A DNA stretch of 64,000 nucleotides from Pelomyxa schiedti (taxonomy: Eukaryota; Protista; Evosea), in NCBI GenBank assembly GCA_020536535.1, contig JAHLWZ010000828.1:34799-98798 (forward strand), given 5' to 3'. Below the pieces are notes generated by a model that had not been told where the DNA came from, ran no database searches, and saw nothing but the letters and a program-made list of their open reading frames with translations. Shown here one piece after another: positions 12,240 to 24,181 of the stretch (position 1 is the stretch's first letter; every line of letters starts with the position of its first letter). Position numbers and translations under genes: made by a program.

Positions 12240-12846
12240 ATGTTACTTCTTTCAGAAAAAGCAGAAGAAAAGAAGGCCCAGATATCAACCAGTTTTCATT
12301 ACGCGTCGTTGGGCGTGCATTTCCGTTTTGATTCTAGGTCTGTGGAAGTGACTGATGTCCCCAAAAAAGACACCACCTTTTCTTTGATGTACAAGGAATT
12401 CCACGATAACGGTACAGCGGAATTGCAGGGAGGTGCATCATCAGAGTGAGTAGCACAATAACGGTTATAACCACCCAGATGAAGCCCCAAGACTGCAGAA
12501 CGCTGAACGAGTGAGATCGTACGAAAGCTTGTTTCTTGGAATGCCGAAGATTCTGATGGTCCGGGTCAAACGGCATGGCAAAGAAACAGTATGCAGGGGA
12601 ATAGTGACATGGTGGCCTACTCAAAGTCTGACCTTTGTAAAAAATGGACTGAGGGTGTTGGCTCACCGTGTTTTTACTTTGAACAGAGACGGAGTACCCA
12701 CTAGTTGGTGCGTGGTGAGTTTTAATAATTTTTTAAATTAATTTCCTAATAGCGATGTTGCCTTGTCTGATCAGTTGCGTTCTGAAGTTGGTCTTGCTTT
12801 GGGAGTTCCTGGCACTTTTGATTTTTTTGAGGGAGCACCTCGATGA
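12240..12846 (+). CDS. Hypothetical multi-exon protein (unresolved model)
   Basis: Several canonical splice signals (gtgagt donors near 12446 and 12715, cctaatag acceptor); candidate exons join only partly, with one junction needing a weak acceptor; no family recognised. Confidence 0.25.
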
Positions 12847-13141
12847 CCATCAGGCACATTGGCGCAATGTGCATTTACATAGATGGGTGGACTTTGTGAA
12901 AGCGTGCAGCGTCCTCATTGTATTGTTTGTGCCCCTACTCTACCTCGAGACCACAGGTTCGCCCATGAAGTGACCTCAGCACAACGGCATGGTACAGTCA
13001 CAACGCTACGTACATTTCGTCTGTATCTGATCACGACCATTCCATTCTTCTCCGTAGTGATGATATCAACACACAAGAAGAATAGCGGAAACAAGTTGGG
13101 CTCGAACTTTTTTCTCCGCCTTTTTGGAACAACAAACCAAA

Positions 13142-15310
13142 ATGAGTGCGGCACAAACTGCCACGCCGACGGAACACAGCGGTTCCCGTAAGTTCACAGT
13201 GCACTTGAGGCTCGGTGTGCCCCCGGAGCTGAGATCCGCGACGCAACAGACCATAAAGGGCCGAATACAAGCCAACGACGCCGCGCAGTTGCTGGTCAAC
13301 GAGGCTTATTCCGCATTAACGGCCCTCACTGTACCTCATCCTACTACACACGCGTCCGGAACTGCGACAACTACAGCGGCTGCGACAAGTACTACTACTA
13401 GTGCAACTACTTCCTCGGTCAGCAGAGCTGCAAATGGCGGTACGCCGTTGTTGCCACAGATAGACGATGAAAGTGCCCGAGAGTCACCAGAGTGGCGTTG
13501 TGTGTTGGACAGAACAGAACTTAATATTCTTGTGGTTGCTTTGACTGGTATCTTTTTCTTTCTTCCCCTCTTGGTGACTAATCATGTTTGACATGATCCT
13601 GCAGCCCATTTGGACTCTGTGAGGGAATTTAAGTTTGTCGCATCCCATAGACCTGACCAGGTCACGGTTCCACCACCAGATGTTACTGAATTTCGTGTTC
13701 CAAACAGAACTGAGGAAACCATTGTGGTAAGGAACTCCTGTGGCAAACTCTTTTCTCACACAACTGGTGATTTTACTGAAGAAATGGGATTTACTGAAAC
13801 AAATATTCGCGCATTTCATACCGCCAGAAGGATACCCACTGATTCCCCTCTCAAAATGCATTGCCCTAGTATTTCCAACACCAAAAAGAGACAAAAGCAA
13901 GGCTCTTAATGGTGTCTGGCTAGGCAGCTCCGAAAAATTTGAGAAGTTCTCCATAAATAACCCTCTCATCAAACAAGTGAGCAAAGTGGTGAGAAAGCAG
14001 TCAGAAAAAGGGTTGCTGGGCCCTTACACGCAGATGCCAGTTAATGAATGGTACAAAGCCAGCTCTCACTACACATCAGAAGGAAAAACTATGTCTATAA
14101 TATACTGTGCAGTTGTGGTGGGGGAGTCTTGTATGTCCCTACAATAAGTACCATATTGGCCTAATCCTCATTCAGCCAATCGCCTCTACGTGGGAAAAGC
14201 TGAAGGCGCTGGTCTGTTTAGTCGCTGGAAAACTAGTGTCAAAACGGGAACGGCAACACATATTAAAACTATGCACGAAATCGCTGTTGAGGGATATAGA
14301 GCTTCACATGCTAGTAGAAAAGCAGAACAGAAATATCGGGAGGCTTGTGAGCACTTTCAAAGGTGTAAAGTGGCCCTAAATGAAGCCCAAAAAGAGAAAA
14401 AGGCCGCGGAAACTAGAAACGCAGAAGCAAGTACTTTGAAAGCCTGTAAAAAAGCTCTCCGCACAACAGAAGAGAATTTTAACAAGGCAGACAAGGTGAA
14501 ACCAAAAGGAATAATCATTTCCTCATTTCGTATAGGCATTAAGACTTCAAGTTCCCACTATTTTATCCGATTTGACCTTTGTAACGCATGGGCTAAAGGC
14601 CCAAGTTGACCGCCTCTCGGCTGCTCCAGGTACACGTTCTTCACAATACTTTTCGTAACCACACCGCAGGTTCTTTAACGTGTTCCTCTCTTCCCCCACC
14701 TGACATGCCGGTGTCTGAGGCCAAAGTGTTTTTATTTATCGTGGAATGGGTGGAATTCCCAGAGGAGTTATTGGACTTACGTGAGGATCACTGGACCACA
14801 GTACTTGGTGCCTTTGGAGAGCAAGGTCTCAATAAAGCTCGAGCAGCCAAATTGTCGTCACTATGCCTTTGCAGTGAGTGCTGTACTATACTGCAGGGAA
14901 AGAAGATAATTGCAAGCAGGTCGAAACCTGCACCGCCCACTACACTGACACTGAACGTACTAGTAAGCGAGACTACATCCACACCAGCGGCACCCATTCC
15001 AACAGCTCCCGAAACACCAAAACCCACACCAACACCAACACCCACGCCCACGGCAGCAGCAAGTCCTAGTCCAAAGCCGGTTCCTTCCCCAGCCACTGCA
15101 AAAGAAACATTAGTTCCAACGCCAACCCAGCCAGTAACGACCCCTAATGAAGACCCTAAACCACACAAAATCAAAAAAGAACCTAAAGCAAAGAAGGAAC
15201 CCAAGTTGAAAGAAACACCCGCCAAGGAAGCGGAATCTGTGCCAAAACCTAAAGTCACCCCCAAACAAAAAGAACCTCCCACCAAAGGACCCGTAACAGA
15301 AAAGAGCTAA
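13142..15310 (+). CDS. Hypothetical protein with Thr-rich N-term, coiled coil and Pro/Thr/Lys-rich C-term
   Basis: Consecutive + strand ORFs (13124, 13610/13740, 14190, 14606) separated by GT-AG introns; coiled coil RKAEQKYREACE...ENFNKADK; PT repeats; stop at 15310. Confidence 0.6.
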
Positions 15311-15389
15311 CCAAAATTACACAAGAATAACAAATTTGAGAAGATTTTAGTATTCTTTTTAAAAAAAGTAAAGTTTTGCCAATAAGGCT

Positions 15390-16124
15390 CTAGGAAGATA
15401 GGGACAGCATGAATACGTAGCAGCCTAGTCTCGCACCACCGTTGTTGGGGTCAGTCATGGTGGCAGTGACGCGGTAGTTTCCTACGGGATAGGAGAAAGG
15501 TGTGAGTAACTAGAGGAAAGTGAGGCGAGAAGTTCGTACCGTCAGTGAGCCAGTCGAGGATTGGTGGGGGGAGTGGGATGGGTCCCATGGTAGTCGTGGG
15601 AAGGACATAGGTTCCAGCTGGGTATGGGCACACACAAGGGATGTTGTTCTCCACAAGAAGATCAGGGCACGTGTAGTTCTGTGCAATCTTGTCAAGGATG
15701 AGGCACACATCGTCGTATGTGCAGCTGCCAATGTTGTCGACACAGGGAATGCTGTAGGTGAAGAAGAGTTGTGGTGACCAATGTGGGTAGCTCAAAATGG
15801 GAAATTACTTCATCCAGCCAATCACTTGCTTCTCAAGTTTGAGTGCCAGTGTCATGGCGGTGATTTGCTTGGTGAGCTTCACTGTACCAGACACAGTGAC
15901 GTTCTCGCCGAAGGTAATGGGCGAAGGTGATACCTATGGTGAAAAGTGAACAGAGTTACTGAGTAATTGTTGTAACTGGGAGCGAGGGGGTGTCTGGGAA
16001 GTACAGAGAGGGCTGTAATCTGAATGGGATCACTAGTAGAACCACAGTTGCTGTAAGAGAACGGAATAGGATCTGCAGCCAAAACTGCTGCCACCAAGGC
16101 CAGAACCACAACAAAGGATGGCAT
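15390..16124 (-). CDS. GM2A: GM2-activator-like ML-domain lipid transfer protein (secreted/lysosomal)
   Basis: Signal peptide MPSFVVVLALVAAVLA; FSYSNCG...; IPCVDNIGSCTYDDVC...NNIPCVCP...GTY; GNYRVTATM...RLGC. Confidence 0.85.
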
Positions 16125-16313
16125 CTCCGTTTGCTTTTTTTTTTTTTTTTGTTTCTTTCGTGGTTTTTCGGAATGTTGCTTTGATTTGCCCAAAAAATTC
16201 CTTCATTGTGACAAGGTGCAGGTCTCTCGAAAAAGGTGCAAGGCCGAAAGAATTGTGCAAACAAAAGGGTTTCGCTTTTTCTTTTAGTGTTTCTGCTGTG
16301 CGGAAATGGAGGA

Positions 16314-19300
16314 CTATCGTGATTTGGAGACCTGGAGTCCGGTAACACTTTGCATAGTCGGTGAAGACAGTCCGCAAATTGTGCAAGTTGAAGTTGTGTC
16401 TGAAGTGAGGTTTTTGGGTAAGTAGCTGGCCCGGCAGAATGGGCAAGAGACCGAGGGCGTGTTGCGGTAAATTGGTGTAAATGAGATACAGCAAAGGGAG
16501 AAGGGGTTCCGTTCGTCATAGTTCAGTTTGCTGGCATTAGTACTATTTTGCTCGGCCAAACGAATAATTTTTTGAGCCTAGCATTGTCAGAAAGAAAAAA
16601 AGGCAGGAAGAATAATCACCATTGTAGCAACATCAGGCTTTGGATTGAGCTCCAGTAATCTTTTGGCGAAAGACATTGCTGTACCAAAATTCTTGAGTTG
16701 ATATGCACAATTCATGGCCGAGCGAAGCACGAGGGTAAGGTGGAATAACTACAAGTGTGAGTTCCAAGAAAGAGAGAAAGTTGTAGTACTTGTATGTTGC
16801 AATGTGTGAAGTAGGCCGCGAGTTCAATTTGACGTGCTGCGTCTCCTTTGGCTTGAGCAATTTCTTTCCGTTTAACCTTTCACAATCACTTTTACAAAAC
16901 AAAAAGGAAAGCTTGGTTACCTCCAAAGTTATTCCAATGATGTACTCCCGGCAAATTTCGATCAATTCCTTAAGCTGTTTTTTTTTTTTTTAGAAACAAG
17001 CGCCAGTTGTGGAAGGTTGGTGGCACACTTCATCTACATCTTGTTTCGAATTTACAACAGCTACAAGAATCGATGTAAGTAAGGACTGGAATTGCCCCAA
17101 AGCCTCTGTAAAAATGTCAAACAAACAAACTACATAAGATTTGAGTACCACTGAAGGCTCCCTTTGTGAAACTATTGTAGGCCAATTTCAGCCTCTCCGC
17201 AAGTGGCGCAACACCTCCACTTACACATAGTGCTGGGAGTCCTGTTGAAGCACTTCCTCCTCCATGTGTTGGGTTTAGTTCCGTTGTGTTTCGATGGAGG
17301 GGTGTAGTCATGCCATAGAGTGAGCCAATACCTTACAAAAAATGAGGAAAGGTAATAGACAGGATGAATGCACACCAGGGACAACACAGTGCGAGCCTAT
17401 TGCTGCAAATACAAAGTTCTGTTGGAGAGGTGCGAAATTCACAACTCCAACCTGTTCGGTGAGTAGCTAAATACTTGTGAGGTCTTCTGTTCTCATTGTC
17501 TTTAAAATTACCTTCATTGCGCTACCAAATGACGAACTGGCAGCGTGATCAATCGCTAGGGTGCTATTACGGAGCCAGAATTCTCTAGCCGATATTCCTG
17601 GTGTTGGAGGAGAGTAAAATTTGCCGGAAGGCGTTGCAGCAGTCGTTGTGGTTGGTTGAACGTCTGGAATATCCTCAAGTCCCTCAATAACCCAACCATC
17701 ACCCTCTGATGCAACTGGAGCCACAGTCTGAGCTACCTCTTCCTTGATCTCCGGCGCTTCTTTTACACGTTGAGAACGGGAAAAATTGGTATTTCTTACC
17801 TGCAAGCTCCTCAGGTACAGCGGAGTCGGCCCAGCCGCCTTCTGGTTGGTCCGCCGGGGCAGCAGTGGTTGCCTCTGGGGTGAATTTACTGCTTTCCTCT
17901 GCTGCATGAAGTGCATCTTGCCAACCCTTTGCAAAATTATTATGTTATATAGTAGTTTTTAGTATAAAATACTCTAGATACCTTCGAAACAGTCAGAAGT
18001 GGCCAGTTAGAATCGAAGGAACGCATTACAGGCATTGGTGGCAGTAGAAGTGTGGGGGCGGATGGTGGAGTATATTTGGGAACTGTTGAGGACGACGGAT
18101 ACTTTGAGTCGAGCTCTTCAACAGTGTTGTGGAGGCCATGTATTTGGGCAACAGTCCTAGCAAAGTTGGGCATATTTGCCACGTCTGCAATAACTGTAAG
18201 CCTATCCTGCAAGTCCCCAAGATATAGTGCCGTATGGAATTCCCCTGTATTTATCAACAAAAACTCTACCGGAAGTAGAAAGCTTACCTTCAACATCGTT
18301 ACGTTTCTTTGCAATAGCAAGCATTTTGGAAAGTTTTTCGGTGTTCCCAGTAATTAAATAGAGGAATGCTAGGCGCGAAAAATCTTTTGTGCGCTGGTAT
18401 GCCATCTCCACAACCTAGACAGAAGATAAAAATGATGTGACAGGAAAAAGATTTTGTACCTGATGATTTCCTTGTCGAAGAGCGGCAGCAGCAAGTTTGA
18501 GCCATGACTCCTTATTGTTGAGTGCCTTGGCTGATTCCAGAGCTACGTCAATATTACCACATTCAAGTGCCAGAGTGAATCGAGTAGCATCGTCATGAAC
18601 AAACTGAAGAGCAATCTCAGGGAAGCCTTTGCTCTGCAGGTATCCTAGAATTTTGTTAGTTACGATCTGGTAATACACTGGTAACTCATACAAACACACC
18701 AATTATGGCCTGGCCTAACAAATTGGCAGATTGTATCATAGACATTACATCTGAATATCTGTGCTGGACTAAAGCGAGCTTGAACAAATACTCGGTAGGA
18801 TTAACAGCCACAACCCTATTCTTGCACTCCCTGTCAAGGCAGATAACTTGAAACACTTGTTAGTGATAGCAAGAAATGACTGCCAAGCAACCTTTGTTAC
18901 CACGAATACTGGTTACATAGAGTGGTATATCCAAAGTCCGGACAATCCCGTTGTCTCTGAGGGGCGTCAACAGTATGACTGAAAAGAGGGGAAAACACAC
19001 CCATTTGGAAGTAGGTATTTCAAGTGACTGAGGGTAGAATATAAGAACACCCCATTTTCATCCCATGCACCACTCTTGATGCGAATAATCTCATGTGCAG
19101 CACAAGTTTGCTCAAGATTTCGGGTGGTAATTACAACCACTGTTATTATGAGTGAGCACTATTAAGGAAGATTTGAACTTACTGTCTTTTGTAAGGAATG
19201 CAACGTGGGTGTTCTTTGGTTGACTCCAGACAACTGCACGAACACCATTAATAGTTAGCTCAGCTAGACATTTCCTCTGTTCGACGTCGTAAAGAATGAC

Positions 19301-21230
19301 CTTATCCTCAGCCCTTAGGAGCACGGTTCCTGCCATTGGGCCAGGGAATAGTTGATCAACTGTGGGGCTAACAGCGTTGATGCGTTTCACTTCCACATTT
19401 GTCAAATCCCTGACAACAAGTTGCTGTAGAGAATTTAATACCATAGGAAAGTAAAATCTTGGGCGAAGAAGCTCACCCTTGAAGCTTTATCCAAAGTAAG
19501 CAACCGCTTTCTCCCAATGAAAACAGCTCCTAAAACGTTGGACATCCGCTTTGCTTCAACACCTTCAATGTTTCTCCCATCGCGTGGTATAGTGTAAAGT
19601 TCGTAATAACCACCATCGATTTTCTGTAATGCTTAAATGGGCACGTAAAAAAATTTAAAAAAAAAGCCTCACATAGCAAACAACAACAGACGCATCTGCA
19701 GGGCTGTAAGAAATACTACTTGGTTGAGAAATGATTGGTCCGGCAAGAACATTTCTAGAGGAATTCCTAAGAAAAGACGCGACACTAAGTAAAGAACTCA
19801 CTTTTTGAGGTGAAGCAAGGGAACGTCTCGAGAGACAGTAAAATCGTACAGTCGCAACACTGAGTTTGCTGTGTAGACCAGTTGTGTAGGAGTAGTAGTA
19901 AAGCCAGGCCGCTCACTGGACAACTTGAACATAACCAACCCTATAACCGTTAGTGCCTGTAACACATCTTACAGTGTCCTTCATACCGCTGTCATGCCCT
20001 GCGGCAAGAAGATTTTGTGTTGGGTGGGCAGCCAGAATCCAAAATCTATCTATGTCCCTGAGGTAATATTGGTACAACAACAAAGTCACATGTTTTTTAC
20101 CTCCTTATAGTTTGAAGGCCAATTCTCTTATTTTGATCCCAAATTCGTATTGTCTTATCCTCTGAATTACTGATGACTACTTCATATTTCGGATGAAACA
20201 GTGCACAAGAAACGTTGTTGAAGTGTCCTCGGAAAGTGTCCAGCTCCCAAGCTTTGGTGTCTAGGTAGGAAGAGGAATATTCGTTATGGGATAGATGGAA
20301 AGATTTATAACTTAAACTTACCACTCATCCTCCAAAGTTTGACTTGCCTGTCATCAGCAGCACTGACAATGAACGGGGCAGTGGGGTGGAATGCAGCCCA
20401 GTTCACACCTCTGTCATGGCCTTCGAGAACAAATTTAACCAAGGCATCTGTACCACCAAAGAGATCTGATTGCAATCTTTGGGCCTCAGTTTCAGCAAAG
20501 GCTTTTGGTGCCACAGTTTTTTTACGAAGGCCTATAGAAATAGCATTGAATACCCTTAAAGAACAGAAATAACTAATCACCTGAAATATCCCACACTCGC
20601 ACAGTCTGATCAAGTGAGGCACTTACAACGATATCTTCTCGTGGATGGAAGCTTGCACACATTACGTAGTGGTTGTGACCAGTTAAAACTCCCACACAGG
20701 TCCTCGACTGCCAATTCCAAATACGAATTGTCTGATCATCAGAAGAACTGAGGATCCAAGGTTGCTCACCAGGGTGGAACTGAGAAATAAGAGTCAAATG
20801 ACAAAACCTCGATGTTCATGGAAACCTGTACAGTCCTTATGTAGTCGAGGTGTCCCTGTAAAGTGAAGAGGCACCTATGCTTCTTGTAGTTCCACACCTT
20901 GAGGTGCACATTGTGAATCATACGGCGTAAAAATGTAAAAATCACAAACCTTTATTCTGTTGTCATCTCCACCAGACACGAAAAGTGGTTGCGTACCATG
21001 GAAGTTAATACCACGAACCGGACCTAGACGTGGTTTGTCACGTGAGGAGGTAATTACAACACAATTTACGCACCAATGTGCTCCTCGTACTTTTGCACAA
21101 GGCACTTAATCCTGTAGTCCCAGAGCTGAATAACGCCATTGTGCAAACTGGCCAAGATCCACGGTCGCGTGTTGTGGAATGACAGACCCTTCACACGATT
21201 GGACTTTGTTTCGAACTTTGTGTGATGCAT
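16314..21230 (-). CDS. COPA: Coatomer subunit alpha
   Basis: [37 protein letters not shown]; [15 protein letters not shown]; [15 protein letters not shown]; [15 protein letters not shown]; C-term [19 protein letters not shown]...CPFC. Confidence 0.97.
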
Positions 21231-21471
21231 TGGCAGATGACGATGGCGTCAAACGATGGTGTTTTTTGTTTCTTTTTGCAAATCTCGAGTTTTTTTTTCT
21301 TCTTTATCGTTTCTCCAGCACAATCACCCGGCTCATTTTTCTCTGCTCAGCGTTTATTTTTGGCATCATTTCAGTTGCTGGGGGTGCAAACGGACTAGGG
21401 GCTAGTGTTGTGGCAACAAAAGGCATTTTTGTTTAAGGCCATTTACTTTGGGCATTGTGGATGTCGAAATA

Positions 21472-22339
21472 CTAAGTGAACTTGACCATTTCAACATCAA
21501 AAATTAGTGGCTGGTTTGGTGGAATTCTGTGTAGTGATTGAGCTCAAAGAGTAGAAGCACGGAAGCTTACGCTGGAGGAGACCCAGTGGCACCATAGGCA
21601 TATTCCGGCTTTATGTAGAAGGTGGCTTTCTCACCAACTTTCATTGTGGCAACTGCCTCGTCCCATCCTGAATTTAGAATTTAGGTATGACTGCATCAAT
21701 GCTCTTGTTTAGTGCAAGAAAGTACCTCTGATTACTTCCCTCTTATTTAGTTGGAAACTCAGTGGTTCTCCCTTAGACTGATCGAATACTTTGCCGCTTG
21801 GGAACTGTATGGGGAGGCATGTTAGTTTGATTTCTTGTTGGTGATGCACTGTTTGTTTGTCGGTAGTTGGCATTGTTTTCATGGAACGTGGGGGTTCTTA
21901 CATAGCCCTTGTAGTTGACAAACACAGTGGCCTTCTTTCGCGGAAGTTTCCCCGTTCCCGGTGTGGTAATAATTTTATGGTATCCCTAGCATAGGGTCAT
22001 TTCACAAACTCCCAGGAACCGCACCCTCCCCCCGTCTCTTCTGCTGTTCTATTCTATTGACTTTCTCAACACGTTGACACAGAGACATGAATGCCTCGTT
22101 CTAATGTCACACCTTGGGGGCGGCTGCCGCAAGAAGTTGACATGTGGGCTTATGCACTGCCCAGTGCGCTCTCTGGTGTTCCTTCCCACAATACGCGATT
22201 CCGTGGCACGCACTGCAGTTCTATTTCGATTTCCAACGTGGCGTAAGCACGACGGCTGGTTCGAAAAAGGGAAAAAAAAAAACCCCAAACTACACACGAG
22301 AAGCCCTGTCGTCTTATCGCAAACGGCACACTGATTCAT
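21472..22339 (-). CDS. zf-MYND - FKBP-type peptidyl-prolyl isomerase fusion
   Basis: Spliced [14 protein letters not shown]|[27 protein letters not shown] (MYND), then [12 protein letters not shown]...VFVNYKGY|[10 protein letters not shown]...[30 protein letters not shown]...[15 protein letters not shown] (FKBP); the intron linking the two domains is inferred. Confidence 0.8.
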
Positions 22340-22443
22340 TTTTCGTTTCTTCGGGTTTTTTTTTTTTGGCTTTCTGTAACTTTAGTGGTATTGATGGATC
22401 CATCAATTTTTTTAAAAGAAAACTATAAGTCAGACAAAGGGAC

Positions 22444-23907
22444 TTAAAGGGGGTCTTCAGCGGGTACTACTTTCCAAGGCTCGGTTTTGACAGAGTCCGG
22501 TTCGCCAACAAAATCGCACCTCACAAAGTGGTCATCCTCAAATGCACCAGGGCAATAAAAGCCACCTACGGGTTGGTTAGGAGGACATGAAGGAAAAAAG
22601 AAACTAAAAGATACCTGATTCGTTTCGTTTGAGGTGTCCAGTCGAACACGTGGGGCAACGGGGAGGCACTCCGTTGAGAAAATTGTAGGCGACACGTCTC
22701 TGCAATTCAGCCTTGGCCCCAGCCACAACACAGTCATTTTCTCTGCATTCGGTTAGTTATTTGTACTGTCGTGGTAGTTATTTGTTAACTGAAGTTTGGC
22801 TTTCAAATCCTTGACAATAAGGCCCTCCAGAAACTTTCTCTGTTCCTTGGATAGCTTTTGCATGGTGCTCTATTTGCTGTGTGAGTTGTAAAATACAAGA
22901 TCTTACACACAGCAGGTGGCTGGAACTCTCGTTTAGCAGCAGCAGATTTACTACAGTACATGAGTGGAAGGCAAATACGAAATCAAGTTACGTTTTCCCG
23001 CGCTTCGAGGCTGGTTTTCGAACTGAGGACGATGAGGAAGATTCGCTATCAGAAGATGATGAAGAGGACACAGGCTTTCTCGTGCGACGAGTAGTAGGCT
23101 TCTTTTTCGGCTGAAGAGACGTTAATAAAAATCTTGTGCCGCACCACGGTACCTTTGAGCTAGAAGAGGATTCACTGTCTGAAGATGAGTCACTGTCTGA
23201 TGAAGATGAGACAGGCTTCTTCTTTGATGCAGTTCTTTTTGTATGTGAACATTTCTACTACAAGTAAACGAATTCATCATTGAGGAACAGAGGGCTGTTG
23301 TGATACTGTATGGGACTCCGAGTCTGAGTCGGACTCTGAGCTTGACGAGGGGGCTGGGCGGCGGCCCCGCTTCTTCGGGAGTGTCTTCTTGGGTTTCTTG
23401 AGTGGAATTAGGCACAGGTATAAAAGCACCAACAGAAGCTATTACATCGTCAGAATCGCTGCCAGAGCTCTCTTCCTTTCCTTTTCCTTTTTTCGACTTG
23501 CCTCCCATTAAATCGGTGAGCATATCTTGTTCAGACTTCTTGAGCTTCTTGAACCCCTCCAAATCGCCAAGACTGGTAAGTTTCACAGAACGGGCACGCT
23601 TATTGGCACCAAAGAAGCACTTAGCGTGGTACCATCTAGTCAGAAGTCAAATTCAAGATAGGTGGGGGAAAAAAAATACTGGGTCATTTCGCCATCACCA
23701 AAAGGACTGGGACCAACTTTCCCGATCCTAAGGGCACCGGAATCGATTGTTTTCTTGCAATTGGTGTCTTTGCATTTTGCGCGTCCAGTCTGCAACAGTC
23801 GTGAGGGATAAGTACGGGATCTTCGGAGGGTTTTTTTTTAAAATGTGACGATCTGGAATAAGTCGCGGTGTACCACATACCGACGCGTGTTCTACCACAA
23901 AAGGCAT
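22444..23907 (-). CDS. PARP-type zinc finger + PADR1 (Zn3-like) protein without PARP catalytic domain
   Basis: MPFVVEHAS|TGRAKCKDTNCKKTIDSGALRIG...WYHAKCF (zf-PARP); K/S-rich linker; VKDLKAKL..ENDCVVAGAKAELQRRVA...PPRCPTCSTG...FYCPG...RC...W (PADR1); stop at 22444. Confidence 0.75.
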
Positions 23908-24181
23908 TTTGGTTTCTGATTGGTTTGACCAGAAAAATGTTTACGGAAAGCCAAACCTCAGATCTGGGTCAGGATCTTGCACAAATCGCTCTGTCACTTT
24001 GTTGTCACACGTGCACCAACCTTAACGTTACAGAGGAGGGAAAAAGAATTTTGGTTGCCACAACAGATAGAGGAATCACGCCGAAGAGCTGTTGTCCGTT
24101 TTATCGAAAGAACAACGAAAAGAGGCGGAGAGAGAAAAAGCCGAACTACCCGTAACAACAAAAAAAAACCAAAACAAAGTG

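Noticed and set aside
14788-15285. Hydrophobic Gly/Val-rich minus ORF resembling a membrane protein
   Set aside because: Antisense of the Pro/Thr/Lys-rich + strand exon.
21304-21426. 40-aa minus-strand ORF (MPFVATTLAPSPF...) between the FKBP stop and COPA start
   Set aside because: Short, with no homology or splice support; could be a chance ORF or UTR.
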